NCBI GenBank assembly: GCA_905178155.1
Contig: CAJINV010000018.1
Location: 724,609-788,608, forward strand
Reading direction: 5' to 3'
Source of the DNA: Amoebophrya sp. A120
Taxonomy: Eukaryota; Protista; Dinoflagellata
Length of the DNA stretch: 64,000 nucleotides
Shown here: positions 1-12,700 of the stretch, piece after piece
Layout: the number at the start of each line of letters is the position of its first letter
Numbering within the stretch: position 1 is the first letter of the stretch
Made by a program: the position numbers and the translations under genes
The notes under the pieces: model-generated
What the model was told of the DNA's origin: nothing
Databases searched by the model: none
The model's input: the letters and a program-made list of their open reading frames with translations, nothing else

Positions 1-1800
1 GATACAGTTCTTGGTTTTGGACTTGATTTTTTCTTCCACGAAGGATAATTCCGGTTCCACCGCTGCGTCCAGGAGTACGCTGAACTGAAACGCCAAGCTT
101 GGGATTCTTCACCAGGAAAGCGGACCAAGAAGAGCAACTACGCTTTCTTTTACAGGAGGCTATGGAGGTGGCGCTGCTCGCTTTTCTACTAGTTCGTCCG
201 TTTAATACTCCCGTAGTGCAACTTCTTGATGATGAGCAGCAGCTCCGGGTTGAAGTTGATTTCCACCAGGCCGCGCAGATGAGCCAGGCTTCCGTGGCCT
301 CGTCCGCCTGTCGATCGCGGTATTCTGCTGCGCAAGAAGCTTGAGCACGAAAATTCCACCAGATGTTGTGCTCTTCTGTCGTCCGCTCGTGAACGACGAC
401 CAGCAACGGAAGGTCTATGGAAGTGCCAGAATGGAAATCCTCGACGTGGAAATAATTTGTGATGCATGACATGCGACGCAAAAAAGACTGCATTGCAGAG
501 GACGCAATGGAGGCCGACTATTGTCCTTCCACGGGTTAAGAATTGGAGTGCTGATTAGCACGAGAGAAGGGCGTCCCTTTGCGTTAACCAGCATGACAGA
601 CATGCTTTGAGTGCCCGGGAGATTTGTCATGCGCCGCCCAGAAGTGGCGCTTCAACTGGAGTGCTTTTCTGCATTACAAACCATTTCCACTTTGAGGACT
701 TCCAACCTGAGGCTTTCATAAGGTCGCTTCAGGTTGTATACACGACCTTGTTGGCCACGTACTACTGCAACTACACGTAGAAGTAGTCCAAGCCTGGTCT
801 TGCCACTGACGTGCTGTACGGAAGCGCGCAGGAGCAAGTATCCTGTGCAAAAGTATCGCAATGATCGTCCTAATCGCAATCATGCAACACAAATGTCACT
901 CATCTTTAGCTAAATCGCCCATGACAAATGTGACAAATTCCATTTGTCATCAACATGCTGAGCTAAAGATTTGCATTCTGTATATTTTTACCTACATACT
1001 AATCCGATACTTTTCCAATTCATACGAAGTCTTGCAAACCAAAACTTCACGCTCGTGCCTGTTTGCCGACAGCTCCGTTCGTCCCTCTCGTCGTGCTGAT
1101 AGAAAAGACTTCCACCTCCGCGACAAGTTGCTTGTTCCTCCGACCACACTGCGAGAAGTTCGTTGCAGAAGGTCCTCGCTTTTTTCCGTGATGTGTTGAA
1201 GTCGTCCACGACCGCCAGGGCGATGCGTTCTCCTCGCTAGATAGGTACTAGACTGGCCCTGATTTTTTCGCGAGCAAGTCGAACAAGTTGTGGATGATGG
1301 TCGTGACGAACTAGGACGACACCAGCAACCACCGCTCGTTGGATGAATCAAACACGGTGTGCCACGCCGCGTCTGCTTGTGCGTGACCAAGGAGATCTTC
1401 CCACCTGCTCGTTGTGCAAGAGGTAGAGTAGAACCTCGTCCGCGCTCTTCTCGCTTGTCCTATTTGTTGCAGACCTGCACGACCAGCTTTTTCTAGTACT
1501 ACAGCTTCTTCCCCGACCAGCGGCACGACACGACAGGTTGTTTCCTTCGTGGTGACAGCTGTTCAGCAGCTCAAGAAGAATACAGCACTTGAGCTTCTTT
1601 GCAAGAGCTCGTCCTCTTGTTGACCAAAAAAAAAATATTCTACAGAATTTTTTCAGATGAATGTGGTCTTCTTTGTCTTCATCCTCGGGGCGAGGGGAGG
1701 ACAAAACTCCAGCAGAAGCTACGATGCCAACATTCAGAGGGGAAGAACTTGTTGTAGTTGTTCTATGTGCCGTACGACGCTGTAGCTCGTGCTCATCATC
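1..1800. other. Probable fragment of another intron-rich gene, strand and product unresolved
   Basis: Exon-like composition interrupted by introners 416-720 and 839-1024; no recognisable protein could be assembled. Confidence 0.3.
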
Positions 1801-3706
1801 TACACAGAGAAAGAACATGTTGACCCCAGCTGTTCTCTTTCATTTAAAGATTTTTTGGATTCAACTATCTGCCTTCGCGTGTGTTTCTTTTGGATCGTAA
1901 TGCAGCGTTCGCTCTCGTACTCGTTCTTGGGGCCAGTGATGCAAAAGCATACATAACTTTTATGACGCCTACTACGTAGCTCAGGAGACGAAACGCAGTT
2001 GTCCTCGGGGCAGTTACTTCGTGAGAATACTGCTTGCCAGTATGCGGCTCGGAAAAAGTGGCCCTGATATTATACTCATACAATAAATTGAATTTGAAGA
2101 AACAACAAGTCCAGAGCCAAACGTGCATTTGACTTTGAGGTCACATAGAAGGCAGCAAATTAGCTTGAACTTCTCTTTACACGCTGCAGAAATAACGTTT
2201 ACGTCCCAACAAAAAAAAGCTGATTCTCTGACGAGTTCGTGGCACACTGCGCTGGAGCTGCACGAGCAATCGTGCTGACGGATTTCTTTATCTTTTTTAT
2301 TTCCCCAAGAAACTACAACAGTAAGCGCGACTGGCTCTATTTTTTGTACTCCTTATTACACGCCCATCTACGTATTTCTCTTATCGCTGAAGAAAGTGTC
2401 AAATAATACCGGCGGAACACAGAGAGACAAGCAGTCGGGACCAGGCCGCAGAGGCTTCAGCCGAGGCACTTCATCTCCGGCGCACGATCACAAAAGGCGA
2501 GTACTAGCACAAACTACAGTGCGTGCGTGCGCGTGACCTACTCAGAGATTCTTACCGCTGCGCTGCAGGATAAGTGAGTAGCGCGCGCGGAAACGGAGCA
2601 GAAGCAGCTGGGCGCGCGAGGGCATGCGCGTAGCCCTGACCATCGGCGCTGCAATTATTTGACGAGGCTAGCCTTCTCCTTGCATTGATTATCTTGTACG
2701 AGCAATCAAAAATAGCCTGCTCGAGTTTCTTATTGATTCTTTTATGACAAGGACCAGCGTGCTTCATCAATTGTGAAAATTTATACTGGTTACCAGTATC
2801 TTTAATGCTTGGGAGCCGAAGCAAGTCGTGAGAACGTTACAAACCGGGCACCACTTCTACGTACCATTTTCGTTTTGCGCGTACGACGTGATCGTAGGTT
2901 TCGCGCGACATGGGCGGGGTTGTGTTTGATGTGTTACCAGATTAGGATATACGAAAATCAGTCGTGAGTGAGTAACTGTTTCTTTGACGTAAAGTCAAAA
3001 TCAATTCTATGCTTAAAGCTCTTTGGCTTTCTCTTTGGCTTTGGGGCTGGGACCACCATGTATGATATTTTTAGTTTCGATTTCATCTTGATTCTTTTTA
3101 CGTAAATTGTGCGTATGCAACTTTTTCACTTTTCGACGCATGCTCGTCACTGCAAAAAAAAAAAGAATACAGAAGCTCGGTCTAGTGTTCCTGTTCGGTC
3201 GCAAAAGGTACAGGTAGGAAAAAACTGAGTATGCTCTGCAAAAGTAGTATCGCACTCGAATATATTGCAGCCTTGCATGACAAAAATCTCTACCTGGTAG
3301 ATCAGCATTCGAAATTCCAGTTTTCTTCTTACCAATGTTGTGCTTATTTGTGATGCTACGAATTTACACGTGCTGGTACGATACTTTTGCAGTGCATACT
3401 AAGGAAAGCCCTGGTCTAGCTTACTGGCAGGCGGCGAGATGAAGATCGCCATAGTTTATCCGGAGGGACCTCCTAGATGAAGTTGAAATCATGACAAATC
3501 AGGGTGGCCGCAGCCTGTTTTAGTTTTGGCGGCTAGAGGTCATGTTGACCTCGAAAACGAGATGAAAAAATTGTCCTGATGATGAAAATGACAAATTCAA
3601 ATGAGTTATAACACACTTTTTGTTTTCTCAATGCTTTGAAAAAAATTCCCATTCCCTTCCTCTGCGTCGTGCAAAAATTCTGCGGCATGTTCATCTTCAA
3701 CGTCCT

Positions 3707-6700
3707 TTATGCGCAGTGATTGAGAAACAGGACCTTGCAGGCGTCCATCTCTTCCCGGCTCCCCGAAAGCTGGATTTCCGTGGAGTCCTTAAGCGACACG
3801 ATCAACTTCGTGCGTTCGTTGTCGGTTTTGTCCGTGATCGCCACATCGTAGTCGTCTTTTGCGGCAAAATACCACTTGTAGTGCTGGCGCGTGGTGGACG
3901 AGGAGGACGAGAGCGCATTGCTACCGCCGAGCATTTCCGTGTTGGTATCGAACGCCGAGGACTGCACCGCCATGCCGTATTGGTTTTGGCTTTGCACCAC
4001 TATGCGGCAAATAATGTACGCCTCCGTCAGAATCACCTCGGATTGGGAAACCTTGTTAAACCGGTGCGCCAGTAGCGCGTCCTCGCAGTTGAACGCCTCG
4101 GCCAGGAAAAGCCTCACCTTCGCGTGACCCAGAAAGTACGGACGCAAAACGCGATCCTCACCGTAGAGCGACCGGGGAAGACGGATTATGGCGCTCTCAA
4201 CTGTTACACTCTCAACTGTTACATGAATTTGTGACGTTAGAATGGCAAAACTGAGAGGGGGAAGATTGCGCCTTTTGCATGACAGATTTGGCGCAGATTC
4301 TCAGCCTGTTTGGCCCTTCGGGAATCTGTCATGCGAAGCAGCTGAATCGTGTCGATTCTGATTGGGATTTTGCATGACAAACCATGTAACAGCTGAGACT
4401 GTAACGTTTGAGAACGCCATACGGATCCGGGGAATGTTGCGAGCCTGAGGATGAGAAGGCGGTACGGTAGTTTGTAGATCGTTTGTTTTATGTTTTTCAG
4501 TGAGAGATCTGATAGAGATAGAGCACACGACCAGAAAGTCGACATCTTCGTGACCGGTTGCGGTTACGAAGAGAAATTTCCCTTACCTACGATAATAAAT
4601 CTCACCGCCATCATCTCTACAAAAAGATGAAATCTAGCTGCACGGTTGCTTTAGCTTTTCTTGTTTTTCTTTTTATGATTTTTTCGTACTTCTTCCTTCT
4701 TGGTCGCTCGTGTACTCCACCCCTGTGAAAGCATCACTATAAGTAAAAACCATGACTGGTATTAGAAAACGCCCTCACATACTGCTATCAGTGCCACCTT
4801 GTACGGGTGTCATAATTTTTCTACGAATGACTCGTAGTGGTCTTAGTTGTACCTTCTGTCGCAAGATAGTGTCGTCTACCCCGATGGCCTGGTCACGTAT
4901 GCCCTCCATGACGGCTTTCAGCCCTTCGCCCACCCCGATAATGGGTTTCGCGAACAGTCCCGCCACCTATCCGAGTGCACAACTGCCCCTCGACGTCCCA
5001 CTGCATTGTAGTAGTGCAATAGCAACAAAAATGGAAAAAGCGTTGGCAAGTCAAGACTGCTACTGCAGGAGCTTTTGCATGACAAATTCACACGGGCTGA
5101 CTCAGTGCTGTCTGGGAAGCTGCCGGCTTCTGTGATGTTCATGCCACAAATGGAGGCAAAAGAAAGCTGTATATTGTTTGCATGTTGACTAATGAGGAGG
5201 GAGTAGAAGGGTTGTGCATTTTCATACCACCCCGCGAGCGGTTCCCGTAGCTACGCGCTCCAAGGACCGGTCCTCCGCCGTTATGAATAAGAAAAAAGTG
5301 CTAGTACAGTTACGCACTGTGTTCTTGCAGAACAACCTTTGTCATGCTAGAAATAGACGTTTCTTGTTGCAGCCCTCGTTTGATACAAGTTGAGATTTTT
5401 CTTTTTTGATACGATCGCTGCACAACAATTATGGATGGAAAACTGCGAAATGTTTCATACCTATATATAAAGTACTAGCTAGCACGGCCCGGCACTGTTT
5501 TGAGCAAGATGGCGACCATTCTTTGCATTTTCTGGCGTCCCCACTAGCACGCTCGGACCGTGCTAGTGGGGACGCCAAAAAAAGCAACCCAGCTGGTTGC
5601 CGCGTGCTTTTGGAACCTACTTATGCTGGCCAGTTTCGAAATATGCGGCTCATTTTTTGGATATATATTCACTTTCTCGCCCGCATAGGTTCCAAAAGCA
5701 TGCGGCAACCAGCTGGGTTGCTTTTTTTGGCGTCCCCACTAGCACGGTCCGAGCGTGCTAGTGGGGACGCCACAAAATTCCAAGAATGGTCGCCATCTTG
5801 CTCAAAACAGGGTCCGACCGTGCTAGCTAGTACTTTATAGGTATGAAACTTCTCTACATTTTCCATCCCTAACAACAATTGCCAGGTTTCCCTGTCATGT
5901 AAAGCAAGTTTGTGTTGCTGAAGGTACAGCTGCAGCCAACGCGTAACTGGACTGACTTTCTTCTTCTTGGGATAGCCGTTGCAGCCTGGTACGGTTGACT
6001 GAATACGCCCGTGATACCGTCGGCGACGCCTGAGATAAACGGGTTCGAAGAGGGTGACCTTTTGCTTCAGCATAATTTGCTGGACATAATATGTCCTTGT
6101 GTGGAAAAAGGAGGACTAGAAGCAAGGGCTTTCAGCTTGGTTTTGCATCGGAGCAGGAGCCCTACCAAGCAGCCCTGCTGAAAAACATCAACGAAATCTT
6201 TATCTTCATGACACGACGACTAGCGACGTAGTTCCTTGGTACTACTATACTACTCGCACCCGTGGAGACGCAGAGGACCCACGAGAAAATGTAAATGTAA
6301 CAAGTGCTATATGCATATAGCTTCAGTTCATCAGATTCATCGCGAGCCTAAAACTTGATCGATCTTTGTTAGTCCTCGTGTAGTACCTTTGACTAGACTC
6401 TCGCCACCCCGGAGGAACCCATCGAAAATGGCCATGCTGTTGTTGCTATGAATTGCAAAAGTATCGCACTGGTATAAATTGCATCGCAAATTTTTTCAAG
6501 AAGAAAAATGAAATTTGTAATGCTATTTTAACCTGAAGAGGGATATTTGTCATGCACGATAGCAATTACTACAAAAAGTACGATACTTTTGCAGTGGATA
6601 GTCGCTCTGTGCTTCGGTATGGTGCCGCTCCCGCAGCTCGCTCAAGGTCGAAGGACCCTGTGCACCGCTATCCCGGCGGCGGTCCTCTTCCTCTGCGTAT

Positions 6701-9700
6701 CGGCTGGTCAAAGAGGTGACGTTCTGCGCCCTAGATTGGTTCCGGTTCTTTTTTCCCGCCGCGGAATACTGGGAATCCAGGGAAACGTATGGAAGCGGAA
6801 ACGAACTGCTTACTGCACCTCGCCTCGTCCTAGTACTCCTGCTCTGTTTCTGAGAGGCTAGGCCATGTTAACATGCAGGACAGACACGATCCCCAGACAT
6901 AGGCTTGCGACCTTCAAGAATTACAACCATTATACAAGCTTGTGAAGATATCTTAAGTAAAAAATTGAAGAGCCGCCATATGCAGAGCAAAGCAGAGAGG
7001 AGAATTCTTTTCGGTCACACCCTCCTGAAGATTATCTTTATACAAATCTCAAGGAGACCAGGAGGAGGCGCACGGGACGCGGTTCTTGCTTTGCTGCTTC
7101 TCATAGAATGGTTGACAGTCCCTGGTTGAAGTTTGCAATCAGTTTGGCGCCCGTGTCCGCGAGCCCGGTGGTCACATTCCGCATGAGCGAGCTCGTGCCC
7201 TTCCCGATGCCCGCCATGCCCTCCAGGCCCCCGCGCTGAAACCCCTCGTAGGGCTCCTTGAGAAACGCGTAGGCCCCGTCCCCCACGTAATTCAGGAAGT
7301 TCTGCGGGTTGCCAAAAAAGTTCGAGGACATAAGCAAGCGGTTCAGCTTATCAACTGCAAATGTGTCTGGGTCCGGAAAAATGGAACTTGTGATGCGTGT
7401 CTTGCCGTTCTAGAAAATTTGTGTTGCGTGAGCAGCAGGAGAGCCGCTTCCTTTGTTCTCATGCGCAAACGTAAATTGTAATGCGTGCTAGACATCAGAA
7501 AGCGTTTCAAAAGCTTGTCATGCGTGGCTGCCATGGCAAGCGTTGCAATCAGCAGCAAATCAGCATCACAGGTTTCCAGACCCAGACATATTTGCAATTC
7601 ATACAGCTGCATCACGCACTGCGACTTGTAGAATTCGGACATAGCTTTCAAGATCGACTGCATGCCACTGCCCTGGCCCAAGGTTTCCTTCAGCGTCATT
7701 TGGTCAAAGTATGAGAGTGGGCCGCAACTCCTCACGATATAATTGCCCCTATTTGATGTCATGCACTCTACCAAGTCGACTCTTCGCTTGCGCTTCCTTA
7801 TCCTTGCCTGTGGGACTGCTTGCGTGACAAGTTGACCCTGAAACGCAAACCACACGGCCGTCGGTATACGGTCGTGCGTGCATTCGTATTAGTATTGCGG
7901 AAGCGAGCACATTTATTTTTCCGAAGATACTGCTGATGCAAGTGCGTTTACAAATAAGGGGAGGAGGGGGTGGAGTAGTTGTGCTCAAATCTCATACGAA
8001 GTCCAACGGGCAGGACTCAACTCCCGACATGAAGGTCAGCACCTTCGTGAGCAGCGCGTTCCTATCCACTGCAAATATGTCTGGGTCTGGAAGCGCGAAA
8101 GTTTGTCATGCTCGGCTAGCATGACTCTCAGGTCTCTCATGCACGCTACCCAAACGTAGCACCAATTTTCTGTCATGCAAAAACGCAGTTTGTTATGCTA
8201 AATAAACAACACGTAGCAAGTCAGAAACTTGTCATGCTGAGCCGTCACTTGTGGCAGCCTCATGATACGCCACTCAACATCACAAGTTTCCAGAGCCAGA
8301 CATTTTTGCAATCCATAGTTCCGGAGGCCAAATTGCGGCTCCTCGCCCGGGTCGAAACTCGCAGTGAGCTTCATGTATCCTGTGTAAAAACGTCCCCACC
8401 CCAGAGTTGTCATGCAAATGCGCAATGGCAGGAACATCTGTAATGCGCATCTCCATGCGAGGCATTTCCAATCGTGTTTTGACGTTTGTAATGCTGGAAA
8501 CAGGATGAGGAAGTGGCTTTCTCATGCGGCTTTCCTTGTTAGCCAGCACCACGCTGCAGATGGAAACTTGTCATGCAGAACTCCCAAAACTTAGGAATTT
8601 GTGTTGCAGACTTCCCATCTTGACTATGGTGTGGGAAAGTTTTTACATAGGATATCATGTGGTCAAACTTCAGGTCTTGGAAAAAGACCTTGACCAGCTT
8701 CTGCACCTTCGACTGCAGGTTCGGTTCCTTCCAGTTTAGGTGACCAAAAAAATCAGCGAAAGTCTTGTACTGCGTCTGCTGTTGCAACGATCCGGAGTGC
8801 GAGCTTCTGCCGTGCAGCCCGTGCCCAAAAGTCCGGTCTTTCATTATTAAAGTGAAAAGTGCCTCCCAACCCTGAAATTGCAAAAATTTGTGATGCGAAG
8901 TTTCCAAATGAAAACTTTTTGTCATGCATGAAAGGAGTAATATGAATCTTTCTGATGCAGAGTCTAGGCGTGTATCGCATCGCTTGCATGCCGCTCTTGC
9001 TGGGGCCTTTTGCAATACAAATTTTTGCTATTCACGATCGGAAACCTGTGATGCTGCTAGATGCAAGAGGGCGAGTGTTTCATTTGGAAAGGTTTGCAAT
9101 ACAAATGTTCCCAAGTTCGGGGGGGGGCATTTTTCATTGTAATATTCATCTGTGAACGTACGACGTCGTGGTGCAAGGCTCGCCGGACGGCGTTTTTCGC
9201 CTTGTCCATTTTCGAATTTGCCGCGCCTGCTATTGTGAGGAAAAATCCCCCCATCCCATGTCAAAACGAAGTCTGTGATGCTGGATTTGCGTACACAAAT
9301 CAGCTTTCTCTTGCAGAAAGTGCTTGGCGGCATTTCCTAAGCCTGTTAGGGTATGCAGGAGGCTAGCAATAACGCATGGCAGACAGGTTTGCCGTAGCCG
9401 AAAGCGCATGACAGATTGGCTTTGGAATGCGCCACATGGCTCCTCTTGCCCTATAGGCAAGACAAAGATGATTTGTGGCCACAAATCAGCATCACAAATT
9501 TTTATTTTGATATGGGGAGGGGGGATTTTTCGTGCTGATACCTCCAGCCGAGGAAGACGAGCCAGGATGTTGCGAGGACGACCCACCTATGGAAAGTAAA
9601 AGTGTCTGGGTCTGGAAACTTGTAATGCTGCGTTGGGAATACAATAGTGAATGCTCTGTAATGCACAGGCAAGCATATCTGCGCTTCTTTGTGCTGCGTT

Positions 9701-12700
9701 GTTCGCATGACAAACTGTGCTTTTGCATGACAGGCAAAAGGGTCTCTTCTTGGACACGCAGATCACAACCTTTTTGGTCATGCCAGACAAGCATGACAAA
9801 TCTCGCAATCTTCCAGACCCACACATTTTTGCATTTGATACCACCTCCGGGCATCGTTCTTGCGCCTGCTTTATTACCCACCATACCCCCAGGTGGTCCA
9901 CCGCCAGCTGATAGCAAGCCGCCCGCCGTGCCACCGCCACCGGCGGGCGAGAAAGAGGTAGAGGCCCCACTTCCACCGCCTCCGCCAATCATGGCGTCTT
10001 CAATGGCAGCTTGGAACTTGTAGACCAGGGACAACATAATCTGCACCAGTTTCAAGTCGAACATGAGCAGCACCGGTTTGATTTTCAGCCGGACCTTGTC
10101 CAGATACAGGATGTCGTATTTCCCGTACCGTTCCCGAGTGTTGAACGCGCTGCTGGTCAGCGACTGGGCTGTTATCTTCGTTCGCTCCCGCACGTGGAAG
10201 TGCAAAATTGCCTCTGATTTGGTCTTCTCCTCTCGCCGTCTGCAGTATGGGAAAGGACAGAAAAGCGATGAAAAGTCAGGGAAGCGAGTTGTAGTTGAAC
10301 TTGAAATTGGGCTTTCACTTTCTACTTTTGCTGTCCGCTGTGCAGCAAATCCAAATGCAGAACAGATGACAGCACTAGTTTAGTAATCTTCGTAAACCTA
10401 ATCGCTTTCGCTTCCGCGCACACAAAAAATAAAAGATGCGAATGCAATGACAATGTCTGCTAGAAATACAACTGTATCTCTTGGTGTTGCCTCGTCAATA
10501 CTGAGGCAAGGTGCAGTATCAGCCTTGAAAACTACCCGTGTGGCGAAGAGGAAGACCAAATGCAGCCACCAGGGGTAGCGCATATATAGCAACAGACTTT
10601 ATTAAAACTGCACATAATTTCTAGTCATCCATGCTTTCTGACCAGCACATCACGACGCTTTGTCCCACAGGATATCTGGTTTTCGTTTGCGATTTGCCGC
10701 GCGCGCTCGTTGTCGACGAGCGAGGTTTCGGAGCTGTCTTGGAAGTTATGAGCTCCCCCGCGAGGACCCCCTCCCAGCATGGAAGATGAGCCGTCCACAG
10801 CCTCTTCCTGAATCGTTTCCAAGTGCAAATGTTGGGCCTGCACCAGCTGCTGGTGTCCACTTCTGCCACTACCAGGTCCAGCAGACGAACCACCCGAGGT
10901 GGAGCTGCTGCTGCCCCCGCCGCTCGCCCCTCCACCCGAGGACACCAGAATGCTCGGGTCCCGGGCCACGCACACGGGGAAGTGGGTGTCGCGCGCCTGC
11001 GTATCGAATGCAAAAATGTCTGGGTCCGGAAGATTCTGAGACTTGTCACGCACGGTTTGCATGAGCCATGATGTCTGTGATGCATGCCCTAGCATTACAG
11101 GTTTTTTGAGGGATTCTTGATGCCTACTCCGCATGACAAATGCCCTCTCCGCGTAGCAAAAATTAGAATCCTTTTGCTGCTCATGCAACACAAATTTTTT
11201 ACACATCCAAATGCGGCATCACAAGTTGAATTCTTCCAGACCCAGGCACTTTTGCTTTTGATACTGCGTGTCCAACTGCAAATCGCGGATGCTCAGGTCG
11301 TATGCATTGCAAATATGTAGTCTGTGTCTGGAGGAGGACAAGTTTGTCATGCACATTTTCCATGATCCATGATGTCTGTGATGTATGCCATAGCATCACA
11401 GATTTTTTAAAAATCTTCCTGATGCGCCTTCCGCATGAGAAATGCCCTGTCCGCGTAGCACAAATTGAACCCCTCTTGCTGGTCATGCAATACAATTTTT
11501 TTTGGAGTCCAAAAACAGCATGACAAGTTGCGACCTTCCAGACGACCCAGACATAGTTGCATTTGATAGATCGTACTCGTTGTGCGTTGGGTACACGTTG
11601 ACGCAGGTGTAGATCTCCTCCAAATACGCAAAGAGAATTTCCGCGTTCGCGTAGCTATCCACCAAATTCACATCACTTTGCCCGCTGTTGCGCGAAGAGG
11701 AGGACGAAGCGCCAGCGTTGTTTCGCGTTTGCAACAGCGCCTGTTTCGTCGTGTAGCTGTCGAGGGCGTCGCGGATCCGTTCAAAGGTAGTGGTCATCGT
11801 GACGCACGCGCCCTCTTTTCTGTACGAGGAAAGGGTGTTTTTCATGGCTTGAAAGAATTCGTCCGCCCAACTTTTGCTCGGCTTTCTCGTCTTGCCGACA
11901 AGGGAAATACCGATGCCCTTGCAGGCTATGCAACAGGAGAAATTTTCTACCGGTAAGCTATCCATAAGCATGTCTACATTCTTCACGCACTAATATTTTT
12001 ACAAGAAAATGCCTGCTTGCATCAAATGAAATAACTTGCGCAGCGAGCTCATTCAGGCGTCAAGTGACGAAGGCTCAGGTTTGGATTTGATGCCGTGGCG
12101 GTCAGGATAGGCATATGTTGAGATGATGCTGCGAAGTCCTTTTTCTTTCATGCAAGATCATGACCACCGGATGATGTTGATGATCATATACATATTCGCG
12201 ATGGCGTCTTCAACGTACGTACGTGCGCGGTAATATATTTCCCCGTCCTCCTGTGGATACAGTTGATTTTGAACACGCGGGCCATCGATCGGTGCGCCAA
12301 CGGGGCGAGCGCTGCGTAAGCAACTTGGTTCGACGTGGAGGGGATGTTCGGCGTGGCCGTTTGCCTCAGCGCTGGTCCAGAGGGAGCATGCTTCGCTCCA
12401 GAAGACGAAGAGATCTTGAGCCTGTTGCTCGCCTTCATCTTGTCCACATTTGAGGTCACGCTCGTATGGCGTTCTCAAATGTTACACTCTCAACTGTTAC
12501 ACGAATCTGTGATGCTAAAACAGCAACAGGAAAAGGGGCAAGCTTGCACGTCTCGCATCACAAATTTGGCACACATTTAGATGCTGCCTAGCCCTTCGAA
12601 AATTTGTGATGCGAAGCAGCTTGATCGCCTGGCGGCTCAGGGTCATTTTGCATGACAAATCATGTAACAGTTGAGAATGTAACGGTTGAGAACCCCATAG

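Noticed and set aside
3707-4147. Separate small gene downstream of a VPS13 stop at 4775
   Set aside because: A GT-AG intron at 4445-4852 and introner 4187-4421 join it to VPS13, restoring the RxRxPR...L.PY motif.
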